Positions 12,901 through 25,517 are shown, numbered from the stretch's first letter. The stretch is 64,000 nucleotides of DNA from Tubulanus polymorphus (GCF_964204645.1 NC_134030.1:7855122-7919121); one strand, 5' to 3'. Numbers and translations are program-made. The notes: a model not told the origin generated them from the sequence alone.

Positions 12901-15900
12901 TCCTAAGAGACGACCGTACGACATGTGCAGGTACAAATTCATTTATGCATTGATGATACCTATTCATACTATCAACACATAAAATAACTTTAAACTTAAA
13001 CTAATTTTCGTTAGATATAGACGAATGCAAAGTGTTCAACGGTGGCTGTGAACAAATTTGCAAAAACCTACACGGCTCTTTCGTTTGTCAATGTCAGCCT
13101 GAATTCATCCTTAGCGTAGACAAACATACTTGTGTTGGTAAGTCGGTCTGAAAATTTTTAAGTCAATATGATCAAGATGACCTAAGTATCTTAATCTTCA
13201 CGTGGCATTTCATCTCAAATCTTTTTAGAAATGGATTTTTGCGCTGATAATAACGGTGGATGTCAACATACCTGCACCCGCATTGGTGGTGGGCGTACGT
13301 GTTCCTGTAATGTAGGCTACGAGCTGCAACCTGATGCCAAAACATGTTTAGGTAAGAACATTAGTCATTAACTTCGTCGTCCGTCTGCCCATATGTTCGA
13401 TCGTCTGTGCGTCTGCCCATAGATGGAATCCAGTTATTTTGGAATGTTTTGAAGACGCTTAATGGATTTCTTCGATTGTGGTTTATACATGCATCTAGCC
13501 TAGAAACATCAGCCCAAAGGTTGGCTCGGTTAGAATCAAGTTTCAAGATTAATAGTCACCGACATCCGTACTTTAAAGCATTTTTTTCAGGGGGAAGTTT
13601 TGAAGACGTTAAAATCGATTATCTTGATCTTTCTAATGTTTGTATCCTCCAGGTCCGACCGATATAAGAAAAATGGTCGTTTAGACATGGTAGTCCCGTG
13701 ACCTTTTTGTGTCACTTTGAACGGAATTCTGAGACTTTTTCCATCAATCGATTATCACGCAATCTTAGTGTCATTAGTCCTCAATCGTAGATAGGGAAAT
13801 TTTTTATTAAGAAAATTATCTCCAGGTTTTCTACACATTTTTTGATAATTGTTAGCAATGTCACATTGATACATTTTCTGACAATGAATTGGGGGGTCAT
13901 CCAGTTTTGGTGGTTGTATATGGTCACCAGAGGACATTGAATTGTGAAATATCTTAGTATTTCCCTATTATTTTGGTAGCTATGCATACTGTTAACGTAG
14001 TTTCCTTGGACCCATAGTTTTCTAGGTCGTAAAGATTCTTTCCCTTTCAATTTCGTTTACAACCTCTTGCTATCTAAAATAACGTCTATTCTTGTACATG
14101 TACCAGACAAGAACGAATGTCTAGAAGGAAATGGCGGTTGTTCTGACATATGCATTAACAAAGACGGCTCATATCAATGCCAATGTAAAAAAGGTTTTAC
14201 TCTTGATGATGACCAGAGGACATGTAAAGGTATGTATTTCTCTCAATCATAATCACTGCGACGTTTATCGCCGACTTACCTGGTTAAATACGTTGGTTAC
14301 AGATCTCTACGAATGTTTGACTGGTAATGGTGGTTGCACCCAGCAGTGTGAAAATACAGTAGGTTCGTTCAAATGCAGCTGTCGCAAAGGTTTCCGGTTG
14401 ATCGGAACATCTGATTGTGAAGGTAAATGAACTTACTAATTAGGGTTTTCTGTTACATCACAGAAAACCCTATTGAGATTCGCGTGTTTCTTATTATTAT
14501 TATTTTATGTCACACTATTTTCACTAAAAGACCTAAGGCTTTGTTACCTTGCCGCTGTTGTCGATACAATCCGTATGATATCGTTCAGCTCACTGAGATC
14601 TACAAATACTCCGCGTTTTTTTTTTCACGAATCATTACAAAAGCACTGTTGGGCCGTAAATATCGAAAATTTAGCCCCATTCAATGGGGCAACATGTTTT
14701 TCGAGTCGTCATCCCGATATCAACCCGCAGGCCGATTGTCACTTCGATTATCAATTCAAGTATAAATGAACTAATTTATTGCCGCAGACTTCACATTCAG
14801 CCGCGGTCTGCAAACATTAATTTTAACAATAGCCCATTTTCCTCATCAAATCATATTACAGATACACAGGAAATGTACTACTTTAGATTTTAAAAACCTG
14901 TCGAGTCGTAAACATCGACGAATCGGCGTGTGTCACTACATCGTCGTTCCGGGGATCAGCTGCGAGTTTCTCCTCATCATGAGAATCTAATCGAGTACAA
15001 ATTGATTTATTACTACCAGTGGTTTGGCTGCGGGTTTCAAGCAGTTAGTTTAAATTAACCGTGTATTTACTAAGATAAATCTTTAGTGTACCGGGGAGTC
15101 GTAGGCCTAAACTAAACATACCGAAGAGATATAGCAGAGAAAAGCTGTTGTGTCGACGAGGTATCAAAATAAAAGAATATATTACTTTATTCGCACGCGG
15201 GCTTCAACCTCTATATCAATACCATCAATACTCTATATTTCCTACAGTACATACCGATCATTGTCAAATGCACAATATAACACGTATATAACATATATGC
15301 AACAAGTATATAACACACTCCTATCCGTATGCTGGACTCACACTTGACTTCGCTGTGGGGGAAAGGAGATCGTTCGCTGTGTCGCTTGAAGTGTTTATCG
15401 AGTTTTACGCGACCTTAAGGCTTTAGGCCTACCGGTACTGACCTTAACTGTCTCAAACAAACACAGTATAATTGTTGCGTTTATTAACGGACTCATTGGA
15501 TTGAACTTCAAAACAAAATTTACGATATTTAGGAGGGTTGTCATTCGATAGGCCTACGACCAATCTGTCCGCATGTTAGGCCTTCGCATATACATAGGCC
15601 TACATGCATGTTAATTAGTGATTAACTGGTTCTGACTTGCAACGATCAATCACAATTATCAATTTTATTGCCAAAAATGACGATTTTTTTGAAAATTTCG
15701 TCTGAGCAGACAGCTTTATAAGCCAGACTTTTCATTTGAGTTTTTTCATCATAAATGAAACTGGTATTTCATTAATTCCTAATGACTTAAGCCGGGCATA
15801 GGTCGGCCTTGCGACGGCTTGTGACTCACTGTGACGCCATTCACTGCGACCGCCAGCAACGATTGTGTCACAACGACTCATCGACCTACGCTCTCTTGCG

Positions 15901-18900
15901 ACGGTTTGCGACTGTCAGCAACGCCAGTCACAAGGAGTCGCACGTGTTCTACTTTCTGCGACGCTACGACTGTCACAACCGACCTACGCGCTCTTGCTTT
16001 GGCAGAAACTAGTCGCACACTGTCGCTGACAATCGTATCGCAACCGACCTGCACCGAAACTTGCGATGCAACCCGAGGATCGCATCGCGTCGCAAGGCCG
16101 ACCTACGTCCGGCTTTAAGTTACTGCGGAGCCCCATAAATATCTTTTTTTGTTCAAAAGTCCTTTCGCTTGAAAATTCTTTCGTCGGAACAAAATTCATT
16201 TCGTTCGAACCAATAATATTCTGTTCGATTGAACCAATTTGAAAAAATCGTTTGAACAAAGTTGAAGAAACTTTTTTTCGTCCGAAAGGTTTTTCGTGGG
16301 AACAATCGTTCGATCGAGCAGAATCGTTTTAATTTGAACAGAACATTAAGTTTTTCGTTTGAACAAGTATATTGTAAAAAGTTTTTTTCTCCGAACCAAA
16401 AGTATTAAGCATTTCGTTCAATCAAACAGAATTGTTTTCATTCAAACATTCGTTCGAAAAAAATTGTTTTCGCTCAACCAAATTTTTTTGCCGGGACAAA
16501 AAGTTTTTCATTTCAACAATAACATAGCTTTTTATTCGAACACATTATTTGTCAGAATGAAGAATGTTTTGGTTCAAACAAAAAGCGTATTGTTCAATCA
16601 AACAGAATTGTTTTCATTCGAACACGATTTTCTTGTCGGAACATTACATTTTTTGGTCAAACAGCGTGTTAAGGTCGTTTTGGAAATTTACTCAGTCTGG
16701 TATATTTTGGATTACTGTGTATGTCATTTGTCAGGACATTAAACAGAAGACGACTTAGGATACTACCTTGCGTGACTCCACTAGTTAGACCGACTTATTC
16801 CAAGATGAGGCGTTCCGTTGATTTCGGCCACAAGTTTTCGTTCAGAGATAACTTCTGAGCCATTTGAGCGACCTATCATTGATACTGTTTCCTAATAGCC
16901 TGTTTAGTAATGGCTGATGTTTAGTAATGGCAAATGCTTTGTCGAAATCGACCGTTGAACAGGATTCTAAGACTGTGCAGAATACCCAATATCGCTGCTT
17001 TGCAGCTATATTTTGTATTGTATCTATAGTAGGGTTATGTAGATTGAGACGTGTAACTATTCTGTGAGAAATTCCGGCCTTAACCTTCACAACGCATTAG
17101 AAATTAAATTCTGCGCTAAGTGCTTTTGATTTTTCCACTCAGATATAAATGAATGTCTCGTCAATCTGGGTTCGTGTGAAGAACAGTGCACGAATACGGT
17201 GGGAAGTTATATTTGTAGTTGTTCCGGAAATAAGATACTCGATTCAAACGGCAGAACCTGTTCAGGTTAGAAAGATTCAATCTATTCTGATTGACCATTC
17301 ATCCTTTATTGATGGCGTCTTGACGTAGCAATAAACATGACATTCATTACAGATGAAGATGCTTGCGATGGAGTCACTGTGTGCCAGCATAGGTGTATTT
17401 CCGAACATGGAAAATGGCGCTGCGATTGCAATAAAGGTTACCAACTCAATAGTGCTGACCAAAAATCATGTTCCGGTAAGACATTTCCGATAGCCCATGA
17501 ATAGATATTAATACGAATCTTCAGAAATTCGTTGAAAATTCTTTTTGTTTTGAAGACATAAATGAATGCGCGACCAACAATGGGAACTGCAGTGAACTTT
17601 GTATAAACGAACCTGGCAGCTTTACATGTGACTGTAACATAGCTGGACATGTACTTAATTCCGATAAACGAACATGCAAAGGCAAGACATTCCTTAAAGA
17701 CACATTCAATTCTCATCGATTTGCTTTAGAGGTTTCTAAGGGCTTATTCGTTTACTTGTGCAATGTATTTGTATCGTTCCCTCTAGCTCACATTCCATGA
17801 ATCTAAAATATCTATATTGCAATATTTTTAAATGTTTCAGATCCTTGTGATCCAAATCCCTGTCTTCATAAAGGCGTATGCACCATTGCTGCAGGTACAT
17901 TTGATTGTAGCTGCTCGACTGGTTTCACTGGTAATACATGTCACCGAGGCTTGGTGACTGTAGATATGCCTGATGTTGTAAACAGTGATACTCCAAGTCA
18001 AATAATCGTCTACGCTAAGCCGAAAAATGAATTAATCATTAGACCTGTTGGAAAGAATCTGATTTTCTCGCCAATTGAGGTCGTTATTAAATATCCCAAA
18101 ACCTCGGCCATATTCAATGTCATATCAAAGGCGCAAGGGAGGCATCGGGTGGATTTTATTCTATCCGGAATAGACTCGCCGATATTTGGACTAGCTCCTG
18201 GGTTAGGAGAGCTGGTCCTTCTTGCAGGTGATGTTTTCACTCGCTTACAACTACCGAGAAAAACTCTACCCAAGGGGTGCTTTAAGATCGACATAGCAAA
18301 GTGTCCAGATGGCACGAATAAACTGACATTTTCCCTGTCCTCAAGTTCACCGTGGTATCGTCTGAAATCGAATTCCAACGTATTGTTTACATTCGGGATC
18401 GTGTTTGCCGAAAGTGGAAAGTTAGCGATACCGGTATCATTAATCGGTCTACTGGTAGACGAATCGGACAACGGATTCAAGATGGCATTTGTGAGCTCCA
18501 ACCTGAAAGCAGATGATGGCCAGAAAGTATTAGGAGATAGGGAGAACTGCTTAGAGATTCCGCTATCTTCGAAGGATATTCGCGAGCTCATGTACAGCAA
18601 CGCGTTTGCTCGACAGTATTTGCTGTCGCTGTACGAACAGCTGCCAGCTTGGATACGTCTGACAGAGAAAGAAATGCCTCTTTTGACGTTCGCTGACATG
18701 AAAGCAGACCTCATGCTCGGCAAAGACACACAGAAGCTGTTATCTTGTCAAGGAGCCCCAATCCACGATGATCGCTACTACAGCATTTTCCAATTCCAAT
18801 CTGGTGCTTCGATGTCCATTCTGAACAAAACAGTGAACCTGTTTTCACCACTAAAAGGCAAGAAATTTTGTCTTATCGTCGACATATGCAAAGATGCCGC

Positions 18901-21900
18901 CCGCACCGTGGTACTAATGCTTCCACCAGGATCGCGTGATATCTTAGACGGCCTTGATATAACTAACGGATTGAAAATCAAGGTCAAAGGAATTGGCATC
19001 AGTCTTACAAGAGACCTAGCGGTGCGACTTCAATCTAAGAGTGTTCGAGTTTGGACCGGTAATGAAATTATTCCTTATCCGTAAGTTCCTTATCATTTTC
19101 CTTATCCGTGATTAATGTGATCAGTCTCATTAATAATAATTTCAATACAATCATAAAACTATTTCTATGCAAACCTGCAGTGTTGATCCATCTGCTAGTC
19201 TTTGGTTGGCCGGAGAATTCATCTATCACAGAAATGAGTCCTTTACGCGAATCGCAGCGAATGCCGACAGCCAATTTTTCGCCGTGGTGCCATCGCCTAA
19301 AAAAGTAAGTAAAATTTCGTTCTCTCTTTACATACATAAGATGAAACATTCTATTCGATTTATATTGCATGTTATTAATTCGCGTTCTTCTGTAGCTCCT
19401 GACGCACGTGTTTTTACAAGAATGGCACAGCTATCTAAAACTCGACGCCGTTCTCAACGTGACTCTGAATTTCGAACTGTTTCAAAATCCTCGCTCGCTG
19501 CATTTCCCATCAGCTGCTGTACTCGACTCATCAATGTACGCCTCGATCGGTGGTATGTAGAATGAGACGAGACTGATGATTAAAAGTGAGACGTTTACTG
19601 AATGGTCGATGAATATTGTACCTCTGTTTCAGGGCTGCATGAAAGAAAGATGTGCGCCCCCAGAGCCAATCCTTCGGGCATTTTCTTCGCCATGGAACTT
19701 GAAGTGAACCCCTTCAGTTTCATTCCAGTCATCGGGGAGTTTGCCGTCACCAATCGCCACATCGCCTATGCATTTTTAACGTACGATCCTCGTAATGCAA
19801 TACTGACAGCAAAACCGATCAACATAGGCCGCGATATCCTCGATCTGAAGACAAGAGCATCGCGTATAGCGAAGTCCATTAAAGACCACGCCAAACAACT
19901 GGTGGCTGAAGCGACCGCTGCTGGAAAACAGTTCTACGACAAATTTGAGAACCATGTCGATATGCTAGAGGCAAATCTATCGAAAATGGTGGAAGAAATC
20001 AGTTTTTTCAATCTGCCTAAGCTTAGTGATGCACTTGCCTTAATCCGTCAATTTGTGAAGGACGTGGAGTTATCGTTTGAACATTTCACGGATGCACTTA
20101 AGATGCCGATCAAAACGGCTATAGAAGGTGTCATCAATTCGATCAAATGGGAAGTAGCAGACGTTAAGTACAAAGTTGAAATGTTGCAGAGGAGAATCAT
20201 GCAGCAGGTGACTGATGTGATGAACAAAAAGTCTGGCTGGGGTTTGAAATATCGAACAACGATTGAAGTGTTCAGTATTGAATTTGGGGCGGTGGACTTA
20301 GAAGTGGTATACTCGACGAATTTTCTCGGTGAATGCAGCCGTTACAAAAGAGTCTACGAGCTTCTGAAAGGTGAACCAGCACTACGAGGTCTCGCCATAT
20401 TCCACGTTAAAAAACAGATATATTGGTGGCTAAGTGTAAATTTTGGTGGCGGTTTTGAATTGGCTATGGGAACTGAAAGTAAAAATTTCATCATCCGTAT
20501 CACCGCTTGTTTGAAGATTTTTCAAGTGATCACTTCCGAAGTCGACGTGTACATCAGTAAGGCTGGGATAACCACTGGCTTAGAGTTGAGAGTATGGGAT
20601 CTGTTTCGAGTTCGGTTGATCATCAATTCTACCGTAGATGTTCCATGGAAGAAAATGAATGTGAGAGCTGAAGTCTGGTTTTTGCCCGGTGGCGACAACT
20701 CTTTCGAAGGAAGTCTTTCTGAGGCGATCATTAATGTAGCTAAAAGGATTGGAAATGAAGCTAACAAGAGACTGACACAAGCGCAGGAAATTTTTGACAT
20801 TGCCGATGCGAAGTTGTCCAAAGCAGAGAATTGGCTCGATGAGAAAAAAGCCGAAATGAACAAAGCGAAGAAAGTATTCGATTACGCTGTCAAAAAATTA
20901 AAACAACTTGAAAAGAAAGTGGATGATCTGAAGCGACCGTTTGAGAAAGTCGTTGCCGATCTTGGTCGTGCACAGGATCAAGTCGATAGGCTCTGTCGAA
21001 TCAGGATTTGCGAACAGATTTGTATTCCTGGATTTAAATGCCGTATAAAATGCATCAGGGTCAATATATTTTGGGTATCTGTTAACTTATGTTTCCCGAT
21101 TTGTTCTCTTACTAGTTGCATGTTCAGCATTCCCAATCCTGTGTGTTTAATAGCTAATGCACTGTGCAGTCTGGTCCGGATTGCAGCATACCTCGCTCTT
21201 GAAGTGGCAAAACTTATTGTTCGTGGAGTTCTACTTGCAATGGATGTTGCTAAGGCTGCTGTGCGCGTGGCTGCTTTTGTCGTAGACAAGTCCAAAATTA
21301 TTGTAGACTTAGCTAAACTTCCTTTAGATTTGGCAGGGATTGCACTTAAGGCAGCTAGAGTTGTGTTAAAAGCAAGCAAGGAATCTCTAGGCTTTGTAAA
21401 ATTGCTTGTCAAAGGTGCCATAAATCTGTTTACGTTCGTTATCAGGAATTTGCCGGTTGACATGAAAAAATGTGGGTTCTCTGCTCAATTATCCATCGAG
21501 GACCAGTATGTGTTCGACATTTCGTGTGAGTTGAATATTTTCTATACCGGATGGCATACGGCGAGGTTTCGTATCAATTTCCGGAATCCATTCGCGACCA
21601 TTTGGGAGGTTGCGCGTGAAATGGTAAAGGCCCTCGTAAACCTTTTTAGATTTGGAAAACGTCGCAAACGCGATTTGTTATTTGAGGCAAACATGCAGAT
21701 GAATCGGTTCCGTCGCAGCGTTGAAGATGATTCAGGTTTTGAAGATCTATTGACGAATAAAACATTATCGTTTACTGATACTGTATTTGATGAGGAATCA
21801 GCTGGTAATATAAGAGCGGAGGATTTGAAGGCGACGGATTTACGTATTGCTTATTTCAGAAAAAGATGTAAACAAGTTACTGAGGTCGACTTGTTCCTTA

Positions 21901-24685
21901 CATCAGTGGTTTCTATCCTGAACGGAATCGCAAAAGAGATTTTTACTGATGTAGAGAATTCGAAAAACGCTTCAAAACGGGCAGCGTCAACGCAGCAACC
22001 GACCCAGGAAGATAGTTTTGAATCACTGGGTATCAACACGACAGAAGCGATAGAAAAATTCAATATGACACGCGAACAACTTGATGCTATGCTGCAAGAG
22101 GCTTTGAAAACTGAAGAATTAGAGGCAACTAAAAATATATCGGACTTAGCCGAATCTGCAACAGATGATGTTTCATACCAATTGGATAACTTTCCTTTAC
22201 TAGATTCGTGGAAAGCAGAAATGGAAAACGTGACCAGTGATCAGTATTCGACATCCGTGTGCAAAGGATTCGCCGATTGTGTCTTGGTGAAATTTGGAGA
22301 ACTGTACGATATATATTCTGGAATTGATTCGCGGTTGAAAGATGGAGCAGACCAGGCAAAACTTATCATTCCAGAAGTAGAAGAAATGGTCCTACAGTTG
22401 TTGAATACAAATCAGAGCATGACAGTTACTGAAATATACAACTCAACATCAAAGATCATCGAGTTACTGGATAAGCTGAGAGCTACAAATCCATTTTGTG
22501 TGGAACCTCCGCAGATCAAGGTATCTCCTCGTTCTAAGGAAGTTCTTGAGGGTGCAACTTTAGTGTTGAGTTGTCGTGCTTCAGACGGTATTGTCTGGCT
22601 CAAAGATGGTACCGTTCTTAATACAACTGCTGATGACCTGCGTATAGAAAATGCAAGTATGGAAGACGCCGGTAATTATCAATGCCAAACTGGTAATATC
22701 GTAGCAAATATCACTTCAGTTGTTGCTGCTGTTACCGTAGAAAATCCACCGGCTATAACTAGACAACCTCTGGTGTCAGTTTCTGTTCCCGAAGGGTTCG
22801 AACCTGCAGTAAAACTGGATTGCGGTGTAACCGGCATACCAAAACCTGTGATAAAATGGTGCACTTCGAATAAAGAAGGCATTGATGGTCGTTGTTTTGA
22901 AGCAACTGGTGAATTGGTCTTACGTAAGCCTTCGCCCAAGGATTCCGGTATGTACTGGTGTGAAGCCCGGAACATTCACGGCAATGTTACTTCAAGAAGA
23001 TCGACGGTATTAGTGCGAAAAATACAGTTAGGGTCTCCAGCTGTCAGGATGATGGTCGGATACTTCTTGAAGACGTCAACAGCAAGGCAGAAACGACCAT
23101 TGACCGACGAGCAAATATTGCACCACGCTTTCGCTACGTCGATTATCAACAACGTAGCCGTGCCAGGCGTCGAACTAGAATTACTAAACAACAACCTTAC
23201 GATGAGCTTCCAACTCATTAAGCCAATTCTGGGTCTGATCGACAACTCGGTACCCTACGCTAATCTGTCCAGAACATTCGATAACGCGCGCATGTCGATA
23301 TATTTTGCCATTGACAACTTCAGAAAAGCTGTAGAAAATGAAGACGTGACAGCTACGTTTCCACAGAAGACATACGTAGCTGATCGTAGCACACTCGTCA
23401 TGTCTGACGTATGGACGTACTGCCGGGCAGGATATGAACAAAGCAACCATCAAGTGTACCTCTGCGGTAGGCTTCGATATGATCGTTATGTTCTTCTTAT
23501 TCATCCATTATTGCTACGTTTTTAATGAAACCTCACTTATATAAGTAAAATATTTGAAGTGTTTCACAATTCAATTTGCAGAGGCCTGCCCCATCGGGCA
23601 GTATCGCACAGATGAATTACCAACATGTAGAAATTGTCCCAATGGTACTACCACTCAAGAACAAGCGTCGCCCTCATTAACATCGTGTCAAGGTACCGTG
23701 CCATAGTGAAACGTGGTCGTCAAAGGTTTTGATGCGGCTTTTTAAAGAACAGGAAAAGATAAAATTCAAGAAAAATTACACATCGATGTCCGTTAGTTAA
23801 CAGTGAAGATATGTTGTTGTGATAAACATCTATTTCCAAGTGGCCTGCCTATTTACTCTTATGATCTAAGAACTGTTTGTACATAGTATGTATATTTTTT
23901 CAGATCCCAGTAAGATATGCTGTCAAAATAGATCGGTATGTAACTCTTCTTCGAAATATTTTTTTTCTTCAGACGCATAGATTATCACATACTTCTTTAT
24001 TCCTTCATAGGATTTTAAGCTCCACATTGGCGTTGGTTTAGGATTTGGATTGTTGTTCGTGATAACTATTGTTGGTAAGACACCTCATGCATTGTCATTG
24101 AGATTGCTTCGTTATTATCAAAATTATCAGGGGCGGTTCGAGGATTATTTGCGGATCAACACATGATGGGCATCTTTTTCCGTCAATAGATTTTATTTTA
24201 AGTTTCTTGAAATAGACCATGGCCCTTTATTTCATGAATGAGTTTTAATACAATACAAGAAACATTATGGATACCCGAACAATGTGAGCCCCGCTGACGT
24301 GAAGCCAAAAAAGGAGTTGAGAGGAGGGTCATGGAACACATCCTTCTGATTAAAGACCTAGTTGTTTTTTTTCTCGAGATTTCTGAGATGCCCCTTAAGC
24401 ATTTAGGTAGATATCTTGTCAACATTTTGGTGAGAAACTCAGAGGGGCCCATTCGCCTTGAATCCACCCATGTCTTAACTAAGAAACCACACAGGATGCT
24501 ATGCAAAGACTGTTAAGTGTATTTCAGGAACTGTAGCGTATTTACTGAGAAGACATCACGAAAAAGCTCGAACTACAACGGAAATAAAACAAGAACGGAG
24601 TGTTATAAACAACCCTGCGTACGAATCAACAGACTCTGAACTTACCGAATCAAGAACCACTGACTTGCAGAACGATAATCCATGA
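972..24685 (+). CDS. Giant type-I transmembrane protein (~2630 aa): signal peptide - EMI - 17 EGF/cbEGF - uncharacterised beta-rich/coiled-coil region - furin sites - 2 Ig - GCC2/GCC3 (ephrin-receptor-like) repeat - TM - NPxY tail
   Basis: Coding exons: 972-1042 ([23 protein letters not shown]), 4701-4811 and 4924-4997 (EMI-like: [36 protein letters not shown]), EGF exons 5340-5432, 6483-6605, 6820-6918, 7301-7423, 7590-7712, 7873-7995, 12129-12251, 12379-12504, 12808-12930, 13015-13137, 13229-13351, 14107-14229, 14303-14422, 17143-17265, 17353-17475, 17556-17681 (mostly DINEC..NGGC..C.N..GSY.C.C..GY.L..D...C, all phase 1-1), 17841-19080, 19181-19304, 19396-19552, 19633-23466, 23582-23692 ([17 protein letters not shown]), 23904-23935, 24011-24074 ([16 protein letters not shown]), 24528-24685 (NPAY, TGA). 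Lengths sum to 7893 nt, in frame; all introns GT-AG except one GC-AG. AATAAA at ~25139. Confidence 0.9.
2007..2303. mobile_element. Non-autonomous DNA transposon (MITE), PIF/Harbinger-like
   Basis: TIRs AGCCGCGATCACACGA / TCGTGGGATCGCGGCT, internal TTTGGCCCG repeats, 3-bp flanks att/gtt; the paralogous empty site is seen at ~4045-4060. Confidence 0.7.
2568..2957. repeat. MITE-like inverted-repeat element with internal AGTCGACTA/TCCGACTAA sub-repeats
   Basis: Ends CCATGGGCCAAATTCGGTTTTCG / CGATAACCGAAGTTCGCCCAGGG are imperfectly complementary; a related shorter copy lies at ~5640-5810. Confidence 0.45.
4149..4328 (-). mobile_element. tRNA-derived SINE
   Basis: Minus strand begins GGCCTCGGTAGCTCAGGTG (A box), has GGTTCGAGTCC (B box) and ends in an (AAAC/GAAC)n tail; second copy at 47208-47373. 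Confidence 0.75.
5007..5263. mobile_element. Second copy of the Harbinger-like MITE (opposite orientation)
   Basis: TIRs AGCTGCGATCACACG / CGTGTGATCGCGACT; shares the CTAATTAGAG(A/G)GCGCGTTCAC core with 2007-2303 in reverse. A partial third copy lies at ~56745-56842. Confidence 0.65.
8330..8718. mobile_element. Foldback-type MITE with 20-bp internal tandem repeats
   Basis: Perfect 22-bp TIR TACGGAAGCCCCTAGGTGACAT; interior built of CTTATTA(A/T)GTCGAAATTCGA units present in both orientations. Confidence 0.75.
9990..10477 (+). mobile_element. Probable 3' end of a non-LTR retrotransposon
   Basis: T-rich UTR-like stretch followed by AATAAA and a (GAATT)3 microsatellite tail at 10456-10477; a similar tail occurs reversed at ~11428-11449. 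Left boundary approximate. Confidence 0.35.
11110..11613. mobile_element. MITE nested in the 8220-11994 element
   Basis: Imperfect TIRs GGGAGGTCTAGGGATTCAAAAT..ACTTTTGAC / GTCAAAAGT..ATTTTGACTCTACAGACCTCCC. Confidence 0.5.
15790..16114. mobile_element. PIF/Harbinger-like MITE
   Basis: 27-bp near-perfect TIRs AGCCGGGCATAGGTCGGCCTTGCGACG / CGTCGCAAGGCCGACCTACGTCCGGCT; 3-bp TSD TTA (15787-15789, 16115-16117); internal TGCGAC/GTCGCA repeats. Confidence 0.8.
16722..16960 (-). mobile_element. Degenerate CR1/L2-group LINE reverse-transcriptase fragment
   Basis: Translates (with a stop and a frameshift) VDFDKAF...[20 protein letters not shown]...NG...[21 protein letters not shown], matching RT motifs DFSKAFD..H..LL.KL / W..SYL..R / GVPQGS.LGPLLF..Y.ND. 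Confidence 0.8.
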
Positions 24686-25517
24686 GTAACTCAAGATATA
24701 TTGTCATGAGGTTACGGATGCGATCCATAGCGATAAACAGTTGATAAACTCGTTGTTTAATGAACAAGAACGATAAGTTTATAACATATCTACAGAGAAA
24801 ATTGGAAAAAATTCATTCATGGAAACACAGACGTTTCTGATATCACTTGTTAATGATTTCGGCACTTGTTATACACATCGATAGCAAGTAAACCTTCCCC
24901 AACACAACAGCCCAATACTAACCCTTGGTGCCAGGTTTATATATAGAAATGCATGCATGTTTTGCTTCAATGATTTGCAGTGCTGTGGTTTCCGTCGACT
25001 GAGTGAAGGATCATCATCAGATATTATGAATCGCAGAAGACCTACCTACCATTCCACATTCAGCAGATACATATATAAATTCCAGAGTATTTTATTCTTC
25101 AATTCAACTGTGTTCTTCAATTTGTTCTGTGTGTTTTAAATAAAAAATCCAGTTATCAATTCGAACATTATTCGCAATGATCACTATATACCGCACCGTT
25201 TTATTCGTATATGTATAATTCAAGAAAAAGGATTTGATCTTGAGGAGTAGATTGCACTTATCATTCAAATCTTAAAGATCTTTAATCTTTAAGTCCAGTT
25301 AAATGTTCGTATATTATTTGAAATTACACCATATCACTATACCATATGACAGGTTTTTATCATTTTTACGAGAATATTTTATTTTCTGTTCTATATTCAT
25401 TAGAAATCGTGTGATATTTTAGTAAATATATAGTATTTTTAGTATCGAAAGCGATATGATTGTTTATTAGTATAGATTTAATTTCACGCCATCCTGGCCA
25501 TTTCACGTTTCCTTCAT

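Noticed and set aside
18010-23504. Several minus-strand ORFs (up to 239 aa)
   Set aside because: Antisense to the large exons of the giant receptor; no independent motifs.
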